Assembly (NCBI GenBank): GCA_963676725.1
Contig: OY781463.1
Span: 205,421 to 269,420, forward strand
Length of the DNA: 64,000 bases
Source: Bacteroidales bacterium
Lineage (GTDB): Bacteria > Bacteroidota > Bacteroidia > Bacteroidales > WRLA01
Reading direction: 5' to 3'
The notes under the pieces were generated by a model. It worked only from the letters and a program-made list of their open reading frames with translations, had not been told where the DNA came from and made no database searches. This document shows, piece after piece, positions 18,901-27,268 of the stretch (within the stretch, counting starts at the first letter, position 1; every line of letters begins with the position of its first letter). The position numbers and the translations under genes are program-made.

Positions 18901-21032
18901 TTTCTCTTGATGAACCTATTGGCGGAAATAATACCTTGCTTTATACCAATTTCAATTATCAAGGCACGAATCTCGGAAGTCTTGAAGGACTACCTCAGGA
19001 TGTATCCGGCTATGACTTCTTTCACCTTGATTTCTGGACTCCGGATGCAACAACATTAAATTTCTTCCTGATCAGTCAGTCTGGTGCTGAGGTTCCTTAT
19101 GCACTAACTATTGCAAATGAAGAGTGGGTAAGTATTGATATACCAATGAGTTACTTTTTGGATCAGGGATTGAATTTAACAGATATCTGGCAGTTTAAAG
19201 TGGATGGTGGCGATGGAACAGTTACCGTTTATTTTGATAATTGGTATTTCTGGAATAACGCTTCAGGAGCCGATGCTACACTGAGCGATTTATCTGTTGA
19301 CGGAGAATCAATTGAAGGTTTCTCCCCTTCAGTACTCAACTATGAAATGTTATTGCCCATAGGAACTACAGTTGTGCCGGTAGTGACGGCTACTACAACC
19401 GACCCCGCTGCAACTTATGTAGTAAATGACGCCACCGAATTGCCTGGAACTACTAGTGTAGTAGTTACAGCCATTGATGATGTTACTATCCTAACGTATA
19501 ATATCAGCTTTACTCTGGAAGATCCTATTCCGGTAGAAGGTGCTCCGATTCCGCTTCACAATGAAACGCTGAACAATATTTTCTCGATCTACAGTGATAG
19601 CTATACGAATCTTGAAAATACGAATTTTAATCCAAGCTGGGGGCAATCTACTCAAGTGGTTGTGGATGAACAAATTGGTGGAAATAATACGCTGGTCTAT
19701 TCAAACCTGAACTATCAGGGAACCAATTTAGGAAGCGATGAAGGAACTCCACAGGATGTTTCCGGACACGAATACTTCCATATCGATTTCTGGACACCGA
19801 ATGCAACTACATTAAATTTCTTCCTGATTAGTCAGAGCAGTGGTGAAGTGTCTTATTCTCTACCGGTTTCCACATCAGAGTGGGTCAGCGTGAATATTCC
19901 TTTAAGCCATTTTTCCGGACAGGGTCTTGACCTTACAGATATTTTTCAGTTTAAGCTTGATGGAGGAGATGGCTCAACTACAGTCTATCTCGATAATTGG
20001 TATTTCTGGAATGTTGCCGAAGGAGGTGATGCGACACTAAGCAGCCTGCTTGTGGATGGCGAAACAATTGAAGGCTTCTCTTCAGATGTATTTAGCTATG
20101 ATGTGGAACTTCCTGAAGGAACTACAGATGTTCCGGTGGTGACAGTCACAACAACGGATGAAAATGCTACCTATGATATTGTTGATGCTATAGAAATTCC
20201 TGGAACTACAGAAATTGTGGTTACTGCACAGGATGGTTTCACTGTAATGACCTATTATGTGAATTTTATATTGCCTACAGATGTGCCTGCTGAAGCTGCA
20301 CCAACACCATCTCAGTCTGAAGAGAATGTAATTTCTATGTTCAGTAATGTGTATACGAATGTTGATGTAGATACATGGCTGACCGATTGGTCTGTCGCAG
20401 TCTTGGAAGACATTGAAATACAGGGTGATGCAACGAAAAAATATTCTTCATTGGATTATGCCGGAGTGGAAACAGTAAGCAGCCCGATTGACCTTGAGGC
20501 TGCAGGCATGGCATTCTTGCATATCGATTTCTGGACACCAAACAGTACAGCCTTCAGAATTAAACTGGTTGATTTTGGTGGCGATGGTTATGGAAACGAC
20601 AATGATACTGAAGCGGAACTTGAGTTCATACCACTGCAATCCGAATGGAATTCACTCAATATTCCACTGGAAGATTTTGTTGGCATGAATATGAGTGATA
20701 TCAATCAGTTTATCATCTCAGCCAATCCTTCGGGTCAGAGCATCGTGTATATAGATAATGTCTTCTACTATAAAGATCCGGTTGGCCTGTCTCATACACA
20801 AAGCAATGAAATGAATATCTATCCAAACCCAACACTGAATTCTTGGTATGTGAATTCTGAGGAAGTGGTACACGAAATTCAGATTCTCGACATCTCTGGA
20901 AGAGTAGTGCTTTCTGTCCGCCCAGAACAAAGGGGCAACATTAAGGTTGATGCTTCAGGTCTGAGCAGGGGATTTTATTTGATCAAAATAAATGGAATTG
21001 TTTCACAAGAATTTAAGCTGATTAAAGAGTAA
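15969..21032 (+). CDS. Giant T9SS-secreted repeat protein: N-terminal binding module, 5 x (CBM-like + cadherin-like beta-sandwich), terminal binding module, T9SS CTD (1687 aa)
   Basis: Signal peptide. Five about-252-aa repeats each contain NVFSIYSDSYTNL..NFNP.WGQ...LNYQGTNLG...HIDFWTP...FFLISQ...YFDNWYFW, followed by ATLSDLQVDGETI.GFS...VPTVTAT...LPGTTSVVVTA.DG.T..TY.V.F (cadherin-like pattern). C-terminal CTD: IYPNPT...GFYLIKI. Confidence 0.85.
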   Translation: MRQIITLLSLIFCMSFGFAQTNPIDFEVGGNGAGWTWTVFENGTNPAIEIIANPVSGAGNTSATVAKFTALQIGQIWAGCETTDIGTFTFDSDNSLVKMWVYKDVISEVKLKFEGTSAAVESTGIQNTLTGQWEELTFDFSFAIGNTYNKFVLFPDFVARSQDNIIYYDNITFNAGTALPAPTTGAPAPTHDETTNSVFSIYSDSYTNLAGTNFNPNWGQSTSVTVDESIGGNNTLLYTALNYQGTNLGSNDGTPQDVSGQNYIHIDFWTPNATVLNFFLISQSSGERSYALPITTEQWVSVDIPLSHYSGLGLNLSDIFQFKVDGGDGTVVVYFDNWYFWTATGANDATLSDLQLDGTTIDGFSPNILSYDEYLPNGTTIVPTVTATPNDPNAQYVVNATSALPGTTSVVVTAQDGVTMQTYNVNFLLEDPVPAVGAPVPVHDETMNNVFSIYSDSYTNLANTNFNPFWGQSTQVAVDELIGGNNTLVYTNLNYQGTNLGDAGGAPQNVSIYDTLHIDFWTPDATALNFFLISQTSGERFYALPITTEQWVSVDIPLSHFSDQGLNLTDIWQFKVDGGDGSVTVYFDNWYFYSGEPGADATLSDLQVDGETVDGFSSFVMDYTELLPYGTTVVPTVTATTTDPEATYVVNDATSLPGATSVVVTADDGITTLTYNVSFVVEDSVPNLSAPVPVHDPILNEVFCIYSDNYVNLQNTNFNPSWGQNTQVTVGFPIGGNGTLLYDNLNYQGTNLGSDEGSPQDVSGHDYFHMDFWTPNATVLNFYLISQSSGEIAYALPVSDEEWVSVNIPLSYFSGQGLDLTDIFQFKVDGGTGTETVYFDNWYFWKATEGSDATLSDLQVDGETINGFSQDILEYDEFLPQGTTVVPTVTATPSAPNATHVVNAASSLPGTTSVVVTAEDGLTIMTYYVNFKLMGSIPTEGAPIPVHTANNVFSIYSDSYTNLENTNFNPSWGQTTSVSLDEPIGGNNTLLYTNFNYQGTNLGSLEGLPQDVSGYDFFHLDFWTPDATTLNFFLISQSGAEVPYALTIANEEWVSIDIPMSYFLDQGLNLTDIWQFKVDGGDGTVTVYFDNWYFWNNASGADATLSDLSVDGESIEGFSPSVLNYEMLLPIGTTVVPVVTATTTDPAATYVVNDATELPGTTSVVVTAIDDVTILTYNISFTLEDPIPVEGAPIPLHNETLNNIFSIYSDSYTNLENTNFNPSWGQSTQVVVDEQIGGNNTLVYSNLNYQGTNLGSDEGTPQDVSGHEYFHIDFWTPNATTLNFFLISQSSGEVSYSLPVSTSEWVSVNIPLSHFSGQGLDLTDIFQFKLDGGDGSTTVYLDNWYFWNVAEGGDATLSSLLVDGETIEGFSSDVFSYDVELPEGTTDVPVVTVTTTDENATYDIVDAIEIPGTTEIVVTAQDGFTVMTYYVNFILPTDVPAEAAPTPSQSEENVISMFSNVYTNVDVDTWLTDWSVAVLEDIEIQGDATKKYSSLDYAGVETVSSPIDLEAAGMAFLHIDFWTPNSTAFRIKLVDFGGDGYGNDNDTEAELEFIPLQSEWNSLNIPLEDFVGMNMSDINQFIISANPSGQSIVYIDNVFYYKDPVGLSHTQSNEMNIYPNPTLNSWYVNSEEVVHEIQILDISGRVVLSVRPEQRGNIKVDASGLSRGFYLIKINGIVSQEFKLIKE
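16521..20294 (+). repeat. Five in-frame tandem DNA modules of 756, 756, 756, 750 and 756 bp inside the giant gene
   Basis: Module starts are read from the equivalent G/S-A-P-x-P-x-H codons at 16521, 17277, 18033, 18789 and 19539. The next, different module starts near 20295. Confidence 0.9.
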
Positions 21033-21055
21033 TCGTTTGTATTTTTGGTTTTGAA

Positions 21056-21086
21056 AGAGATCCCGCTTTGGGGTCTCTTTTTTTTT
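21056..21086 (+). terminator. Rho-independent terminator of the giant T9SS gene
   Basis: Stem AGAGATCCC / GGGGTCTCT (one G-U pair), 4-nt loop, then T9 run, 24 nt after the stop at 21032. Confidence 0.75.
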
Positions 21087-21090
21087 AATG

Positions 21091-21127
21091 AAAAAATAAA
21101 AAAGGCCATCCCTTGGGACAGCCTTTT
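21091..21127 (-). terminator. Rho-independent terminator of gcvP
   Basis: Hairpin AAAAGGC-ca-TCCC-tt-GGGA-ca-GCCTTTT (21100-21127). On the minus strand it is followed by a T-rich run (plus-strand A-run 21091-21103). It lies 24 nt after the gcvP stop. Confidence 0.6.
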
Positions 21128-21150
21128 GATTTTTTATAGCAAACGAAATA

Positions 21151-24036
21151 CTATTCTTCGATATAGCTTTCAATTGGTGCACAAGTACACATTAAATTCC
21201 GATCGCCAAAGGCATCGTCAATGCGCGCTACAGGTGGCCAGTATTTATCCTCTTTCAGGCCTGCCACAGGGAATGCAGCTTGTTCGCGGCTGTATGGTTT
21301 GTCCCATTCTTCGGCAGTTAGCGTCAGAACTGTATGCGGGGCGTTCATAATCAGGTTGTTTTCCTGATCTGCTTTGCCTTCTTCAATTGCACGGATTTCT
21401 TCACGAATGCTGATCATTGCTTCCACGAAACGATTGAGTTCGTGATAAGGCTCACTCTCAGTGGGTTCAACCATTAATGTACCATGAACGGGGAACGCAA
21501 CCGTAGGCGCATGGAAACCATAGTCCATCAGGCGTTTGGCAATGTCAATTACCTGCAAATGAGCACTCATGTGGAATTTATTGCAATCCAAAATCATTTC
21601 GTGGCCAACGCGTCCGTTTTTGCCGCTATAAAGGATTTTATAATGATCTTCCAATGCTGATTTTAGATAATTTGCATTTAAGATTGCCATTTTTGTCGCT
21701 TCAGTAAGCCCACGTCCGCCCATCATTTTAATATAACCATAAGAAATTGGAAGGACTAATGGACTGCCATAAGGAGCCGAAGCAACTGCTGAAATTGCAT
21801 TTTTGCCGCCAGCTTCCAGTATCGGACTTCCGGGAAGGAATTCCTGAAGATGGGCAGCAACACCAATAGGACCTACACCGGGGCCACCGCCACCATGAGG
21901 TATGGCAAAGGTCTTGTGTAGGTTCAGGTGGCAAACATCTGCACCAATATGTCCGGGGCTGGTCAAACCAACCTGAGCGTTCATATTGGCTCCGTCCATA
22001 TAAACTTGGCCTCCATTTTCATGGATGATGTCCATCATTTCTAGTATGCCTTCTTCAAAAACTCCATGGGTCGATGGATAAGTAATCATCAATGCAGCGA
22101 GATCGTTTTTGTGTTCCTCGGCTTTTGCTTTCAGGTCGGCCATATCTACATTGCCACGATCATCACAAGCAACCACAACAATTTTCCAGCCGGCCATATG
22201 GGCACTGGCAGGGTTTGTTCCATGGGCAGATGAAGGAATCAGGCAGATATTACGATGGCCTTCATTGCGGCTTTCATGATACGCACGAATAACCAGCAAT
22301 CCGGTATACTCTCCAGAAGCGCCTGAATTGGGCTGGAACGACATGGCTGCAAAACCCGTTACTTCGCAAAGGTCTTTCTCAAGCTCTTTGATCAGTTCCA
22401 GATATCCTGCTGCCTGATTTTGAGGTACAAATGGGTGAATGCAACCAAATTCCGGCCAGCTTAATGAAAAGAGTTCACTGGCAGCATTCAGTTTCATGGT
22501 GCAGCTTCCCAAAGGAATCATACTGCGGTTTAAGGATAAATCTTTGATTTCCAGTCTTTTCATATATCGCATCATCTCTGTTTCGGAATGATAGCTGTTA
22601 AAAACAGGATGCGTTAGATAACTGCTCTTGCGATGGAGTGCTGCAGGAATTGTTGTAATCAGTTGGCATTCTTCCGGAATACAAACAAATTCTGAAAAAG
22701 CGACACCATTTGCATCGGCAAAAATCTTTAAAATAGCATTGATGTTGGTCAGCGTAGTGGTTTCATCAATACTAATGCCGATGGTTTGCTCGTCGATATA
22801 GCGGAAATTCATTTTTTGTTGCTCCGCTGCTTCACGAATGAAGGACATTTTTGCGTTCTCAGGAAGAGTGAATTCGAGCGTATCAAAGAAAAATTCATTA
22901 TTTTGTTTGAAACCGTATTTTGCTGCTTCCTGATTCAGCACGCCGGTAAGTATATTGATATGGCGTGCAATTTCACGGATGCCATTAGGGCCATGATATG
23001 CGGCATACATTCCGGCCATGCTGGCGAGAAGTGCTTGTGCCGTACAAATATTTGATGTTGCTTTTTCGCGTTTGATATGTTGCTCACGGGTTTGCAAGGC
23101 CATGCGTAATGCGGTATTGCCATCAGCATCTTTTGAAATGCCAATAATTCTGCCGGGCATATGTCTTTTGAATTTATCGCTGCTGGCAAGATAAGCTGCA
23201 TGTGGACCACCAAAACCCATTGGAATACCAAAGCGTTGTGTTGATCCAACAACAATATCAGCGCCCCATTCTCCCGGAGGAGTGAGTAGGGCAAGGCTCA
23301 TAATATCGCAGGCAACAGCAAGGAGCAAGCCTTTTTCGTGCAGGCTTTCTGCAAATTTGCTGTAATCTATAACATCGCCGCGTTCACCGGGATACTGAAC
23401 CATCGCAGCAAAATAGCTTTCGTCTGCTTCAAAAGTGGCAACATCGCCGAGAATTACATCAATGCCTAAAGGAAGAGCACGGGTTTGTATTACTGCAATA
23501 CTTTGTGGAAAAAGATTGTTGCTGACAAAGAATTTATTCACGCCGGCTTTAACAGCTTTTCTTGGACGGGCATTATAAGCCATAATCATGGCTTCGGCTG
23601 CTGCTGTACCTTCATCCAAAAGGGAGCAGTTTGCCATTGGCATGGCTGTTAGGTCAGAAACCATCGTCTGGAAATTCAACAGGGCTTCTAAACGGCCTTG
23701 TGAAATTTCTGCCTGATAGGGCGTATAAGCTGTGTACCAGCCCGGATTTTCCAACATATTGCGCAGGATTACACCCGGCGTAATGGTATTGTAGTACCCC
23801 AAACCGATAAAGGACTTAAAGATTTGGTTTTTTGAAGCCAGTTCCTTCAAGTGGTTAAGGTATTCGTATTCATTCATCCCGTCGGCAAGTTTCATAGGCT
23901 CGTTTAACCTAATTGCCGGGGGAACAGTTTGATCAATAAGCTCATCGAGTGTAGAGACACCGGTTTTTTCGAGCATTTCGGCAATCTCTTGACCGCGAGG
24001 GCCATTGTGCCGTTTTACGAAATTATCCGTGATCAT
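21151..24036 (-). CDS. gcvP: Glycine dehydrogenase (decarboxylating), single-chain P-protein of the glycine cleavage system
   Basis: 961 aa. N-terminus reads FVKRHNGP. Contains the [21 protein letters not shown] motif and the PLP-lysine motif [18 protein letters not shown]. Confidence 0.97.
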   Translation of the reverse strand: MITDNFVKRHNGPRGQEIAEMLEKTGVSTLDELIDQTVPPAIRLNEPMKLADGMNEYEYLNHLKELASKNQIFKSFIGLGYYNTITPGVILRNMLENPGWYTAYTPYQAEISQGRLEALLNFQTMVSDLTAMPMANCSLLDEGTAAAEAMIMAYNARPRKAVKAGVNKFFVSNNLFPQSIAVIQTRALPLGIDVILGDVATFEADESYFAAMVQYPGERGDVIDYSKFAESLHEKGLLLAVACDIMSLALLTPPGEWGADIVVGSTQRFGIPMGFGGPHAAYLASSDKFKRHMPGRIIGISKDADGNTALRMALQTREQHIKREKATSNICTAQALLASMAGMYAAYHGPNGIREIARHINILTGVLNQEAAKYGFKQNNEFFFDTLEFTLPENAKMSFIREAAEQQKMNFRYIDEQTIGISIDETTTLTNINAILKIFADANGVAFSEFVCIPEECQLITTIPAALHRKSSYLTHPVFNSYHSETEMMRYMKRLEIKDLSLNRSMIPLGSCTMKLNAASELFSLSWPEFGCIHPFVPQNQAAGYLELIKELEKDLCEVTGFAAMSFQPNSGASGEYTGLLVIRAYHESRNEGHRNICLIPSSAHGTNPASAHMAGWKIVVVACDDRGNVDMADLKAKAEEHKNDLAALMITYPSTHGVFEEGILEMMDIIHENGGQVYMDGANMNAQVGLTSPGHIGADVCHLNLHKTFAIPHGGGGPGVGPIGVAAHLQEFLPGSPILEAGGKNAISAVASAPYGSPLVLPISYGYIKMMGGRGLTEATKMAILNANYLKSALEDHYKILYSGKNGRVGHEMILDCNKFHMSAHLQVIDIAKRLMDYGFHAPTVAFPVHGTLMVEPTESEPYHELNRFVEAMISIREEIRAIEEGKADQENNLIMNAPHTVLTLTAEEWDKPYSREQAAFPVAGLKEDKYWPPVARIDDAFGDRNLMCTCAPIESYIEE

Positions 24037-24281
24037 TGTATTGAATTTTAATTGTTATAAATATTGTATCTCCCTTAAAAAGGCAAAGGTAGAATTTTTC
24101 AATTCAATCGTGAATGAAATAACAATAAAATGGAATTGTGAAGGAAAATGGGTTTTTAGAACAAATTTTCAAAGACTAACCCACTAATTTTTCCGAAGGC
24201 TTTAGAATTTTTCCAAAATCCGAACCTTAGAAAAGGGTAGTGGATTGGAAATTTGATGGATTGAAAACAATATTTTAAAAA

Positions 24282-24667
24282 GTACAGCAGTCCTATAAGC
24301 GGGGTTCTGTATCCCCTGGAGGGGATTTCTATCATTTATCTGGGACTTGCGTCACCGCAAGCCTCAATCAGCCTACCCTTCCCGACTTCCCGAAAGAAAC
24401 AGAACGGGCCGCTCTGCTCAAAAGAATCAGGATATATTTGGCCTTTCATCTCATAAGGTTTACCCCCGGCCTGTGTCGCCACAAACCGGCGTGAGCTCTT
24501 ACCTCACGTTTTCACCCTTATCCCGAATGAATGGGACGGTTATTTTCTGTGGCACTCGCTGTAGTCCGATAAATCGAACCCCTTCCCGTTAGGAAGTATG
24601 ATGCCCTGCGCTGCCCCGACTTTCCTCATTCCGAAAAAACGAAACGCGATAGAACAGACTGCTGTAC
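24282..24667 (-). ncRNA. rnpB: RNase P RNA, bacterial type A
   Basis: The reverse complement contains GAGGAAAGTCGGGGC (P4 5' strand), GCCACAGAAAATAACCGTCC, GGATAAGGGTGAAAACGTGAGGTAAGAGCTCACGC and ACAGAACCCCGCTTA (P4 3' strand). The P1 stem GTACAGCAGTC/GACTGCTGTAC sets the ends at 24667 and 24282. Confidence 0.9.
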
Positions 24668-24734
24668 TGGCGACAAAATTAATACATTTTTGTGCCAATA
24701 AAGGCTTTTTCATTATTTTGCGGCAAAAAGACAA

Positions 24735-25229
24735 ATGCAGAAAATCGGATTGATCTCGGATACACATGGAAGCCTGCCCGAAAAGCTTGGTGGTTTTTTG
24801 GAACATTGCGACCAAATATGGCATGCAGGCGATATTGGTTCGATGGATGTGGCCGAAAAGCTGAGGGCCATGGCTCCACTAATCGCTGTTTATGGGAATA
24901 TCGATGGGCAGGGGATTCGTATGATTTTTCCGGAACATCAGCTTTTTATGTGCGAAGGGGTGAAAGTATATATGACGCACATCGGAGGATATCCCGGAAG
25001 ATACGATCCTCGTGCAATTGCATATATCCAAAAAGAACAACCAAAGCTTTTTATCTCCGGACATTCTCATATACTCAAGGTAATAAACGATCCTAAGAGG
25101 AAATTGCTGCATATGAACCCGGGGGCAGCAGGTAATTATGGCTTTCATAATGTACAAACAGCCCTGCGTTTTGAAATTGACGGGAGCAATATTCGCGAAC
25201 TGGAAGTGTTTGAGGCGCCTAGGCGATAA
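24735..25229 (+). CDS. YfcE/MJ0936-type metallophosphoesterase
   Basis: 164 aa with the calcineurin-like motif series: ISDTHG, WHAGDIGS, VYGNIDG, MTHIGG, ISGHSH. Confidence 0.85.
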   Translation: MQKIGLISDTHGSLPEKLGGFLEHCDQIWHAGDIGSMDVAEKLRAMAPLIAVYGNIDGQGIRMIFPEHQLFMCEGVKVYMTHIGGYPGRYDPRAIAYIQKEQPKLFISGHSHILKVINDPKRKLLHMNPGAAGNYGFHNVQTALRFEIDGSNIRELEVFEAPRR

Positions 25230-25250
25230 AAAAGCCCCCAGATGCGGGCT
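25169..25250 (+). repeat. Direct repeat copy A (last 20 codons of the metallophosphoesterase gene plus terminator-like hairpin)
   Basis: It aligns without gaps to 27067-27148 with 14 mismatches in 82 nt (hand alignment). It encodes RFEIDGSNIRELEVFEAPRR*, followed by the hairpin AAGCCC..GGGCTT. Confidence 0.85.
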
Positions 25251-25266
25251 TATAATTAATGTGGTG

Positions 25267-25551
25267 TTATTGATTTTGTCTTTTGATAATTTGCCTAAAC
25301 ATATCGTATGTAGCACTAATACACATCACGGCAAAGATTGTCCATGGGATATTGGTTTCATCGGGATATGTGAAGACGAGTATCGTACTACAAATCCCAC
25401 CCGCACCGAAAAAACACTAAAGGGTATGTGGCGTGAATCCTAAAAGGTTGAACTTATGCCCTGAGCGCTTGCTCCATAGTGAGATAATGATCCAGAGTAT
25501 TGTAAAAGCGCTAAAAACAATAATGCGGACGGTGATTTGAGAATATGTGAT
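25267..25551 (-). pseudogene. Remnant of a small membrane-protein gene (no start codon, in-frame TAG)
   Basis: One minus-strand frame reads ITYSQITVRIIVFSAFTILWIIISLWSKRSGHKFNLLGFTPHTL-TAG(25417-25419)-CFFGAGGICSTILVFTYPDETNIPWTIFAVMCISATYDMFRQIIKRQNQ*. It is bounded upstream by another TAG and has no ATG at its head. Confidence 0.35.
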
Positions 25552-25617
25552 CTAATCTGGTGTCGGATTATAAAAAGCGACGGGCAAAGAATGCATTCTA
25601 CCCATCGCTTATTTGTT

Positions 25618-25818
25618 TTAAGCATCTTTTTTGTATTTCCTGTTTTTTGTTATGTGGTAGATTAATACAAATATAAGATATACAACCACAACGAATATAA
25701 ACGAGGTGAGCAATGATTCAATTAAGGAGTGTTTGGACCAATAGAATTCCATTAAAAACATCACAATAAATGTAACTATTGCTCTTAGGAGCATTATTTT
25801 TTTATGAGGATTTACCAT
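25618..25818 (-). CDS. Small two-helix membrane protein (66 aa)
   Basis: Two hydrophobic helices (IVTFIVMFLMEFYW and FIFVVVVYLIFVLIY) and a basic C-terminus. It lies 19 nt downstream of the lipoprotein gene on the same strand. Confidence 0.5.
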   Translation of the reverse strand: MVNPHKKIMLLRAIVTFIVMFLMEFYWSKHSLIESLLTSFIFVVVVYLIFVLIYHITKNRKYKKDA

Positions 25819-25837
25819 GTTTCTTATTGTAAAATTT

Positions 25838-26584
25838 CTACTTGGCTTGAATTGCTATTTTGATCCCTTCGATTGCGGACATCACAGGAGCTCCAACTAA
25901 AGAGCCGACAATGCCTCCAAAAAATGCTCCGCCAACAGCTCCTTTTGCATCTTCAAACAATATATCCCAAAATCTTGGATCAACATCTGCATAAGCTGAT
26001 TTTGTGCTATTTGCTAGTAATAATCTCCAGTCATTTAAGTTTTCGTGCCAATAAATATATGAATTTCTTGCAACACTACACACTGCTCCAATTTCATTAG
26101 AATAATTAGTTTTAGATGCATCATCTTCTATTTTACTTAATTTTTCATCAAAAATTTCATACGAACAAATGCCATCATTTTTAATGTCCAATATTCTTAA
26201 TATAAGGGATTTGTACTCTTGATCGTCTATAGTGTTTATAAGTGAGTCAATGTTTAATGTGGTCGTGCCAACCTGTAAAGCATTATAAATACTGTCAATG
26301 AAGTTAGGTTGAATATTATATTGTTCAATTAGAAATAATCGGCTATTTACTATTGCGCAGTTAATATTTGATGAAGTTGCTGATGCAGATAATTGTTCTA
26401 ACGCAGTATATGTATTAGCCAAAGAAGCATTATGAGCAGAGCCTACAATAGTTGAGGTGATGCTTGTGACTTCTTTAAAGTTTAGTTGTTCATTATCAGG
26501 AGTGTATTCTTCTTTCGTGCAGCTACTTAATGAAACTGAAAATGCAGTTAAAATTAAAAGTATGATTTTAATAAATAATTTCAT
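25838..26584 (-). CDS. Lipoprotein with C-terminal glycine-zipper segment (248 aa)
   Basis: Lipobox signal peptide (MKLFIKIILLILTAFSVSLSS-C), a helical-looking body, and a C-terminal GAVGGAFFGGIVGSLVGAPVMSAIEG segment. Confidence 0.65.
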   Translation of the reverse strand: MKLFIKIILLILTAFSVSLSSCTKEEYTPDNEQLNFKEVTSITSTIVGSAHNASLANTYTALEQLSASATSSNINCAIVNSRLFLIEQYNIQPNFIDSIYNALQVGTTTLNIDSLINTIDDQEYKSLILRILDIKNDGICSYEIFDEKLSKIEDDASKTNYSNEIGAVCSVARNSYIYWHENLNDWRLLLANSTKSAYADVDPRFWDILFEDAKGAVGGAFFGGIVGSLVGAPVMSAIEGIKIAIQAK

Positions 26585-27066
26585 GATTGTTAAAATTGAA
26601 TTATTTAAATTTCGAAAAATAGAATACTAATTTGTGAGCATTCCAATAACGAATTCTTAAAAATATCAAGAGATTGAATTTTAATTTATTTCTGCTGTTA
26701 ATTTATACCTCCATTCTTTATTTATTATAAATTTATTGATTTCCGGAAATACTATTTAACAATATTGTATTTGCAAATGTATATATTGTTATTATAATAT
26801 CCAAGAAATTGTGTATTTTTTTTTTTTTGGTGTATTTTGTGTATTTTTGTTAGTAAGTCCTGAAAGTCAATAGATAAGATTTTTTAATTATTGTGATTGT
26901 GATTGTTATTGAAGCTAATTTGAGTGCGTAGGTTTACTTTTGTATTGTTAACCGTGATAATAATTAGTTAGTATTGTAATTTGCAATGTTAGTATGAATT
27001 TATTAATATATAGCACTGTATGTATATGATTCAGATCAAAAACCTGTCAGGATTAAAAAGAACCGA

Positions 27067-27148
27067 TTTTGAAATTGACCGGAGCAATATCCGCGAACTG
27101 GAAGTATTGGAAGTACCGAGAAGGTGAAAAAGCCCACAGATGCGAGCT
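27067..27148 (+). repeat. Direct repeat copy B (orphan 3' fragment of a metallophosphoesterase gene plus hairpin)
   Basis: From 27065 it encodes DFEIDRSNIRELEVLEVPRR* with no upstream reading frame. 16 of 19 residues are identical to the intact gene end, and the hairpin is conserved (AAGCCCACAGATGCGAGCT). Confidence 0.85.
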
Positions 27149-27268
27149 GATATTCAGATATTGTAGATGGTGGATTTCACTATTGATCAAATACCTTGAT
27201 AAATAATATGTTCCGATAATACTGATTCCGACAATAATTATGGCGCTGACTAGATTTAATCCATTATC

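Larger units (their letters stand above)
25251..27066. other. AT-rich islet bounded by the diverged direct repeats; no recombinase gene seen
   Basis: It is visibly more AT-rich than its flanks (for example, the line 26701-26760 has 12 G+C in 60). It contains a decayed membrane-protein gene, a two-gene cassette and about 480 nt of AT-rich non-coding DNA with a T13 tract at 26816-26828. Confidence 0.55.

Noticed and set aside
24037-24281. Glycine riboswitch in the gcvP leader
   Set aside because: The minus-strand leader shows only a TACCTTTG -7-like box (24084-24091). It has none of the conserved glycine-aptamer strings or paired-aptamer organisation.
24347-25096. ORFs 24347-24592(+), 24540-24824(-), 24679-24879(-), 24692-25096(+), and 24879-25316(-)
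   Set aside because: They overlap the RNase P RNA gene or are out-of-frame or antisense to the metallophosphoesterase gene, which has a full motif set.
25440-25625. 61-aa ORF between the pseudogene remnant and the 66-aa gene
   Set aside because: It overlaps the decayed membrane-protein frame in another phase. The composition is not protein-like and there is no plausible start context.
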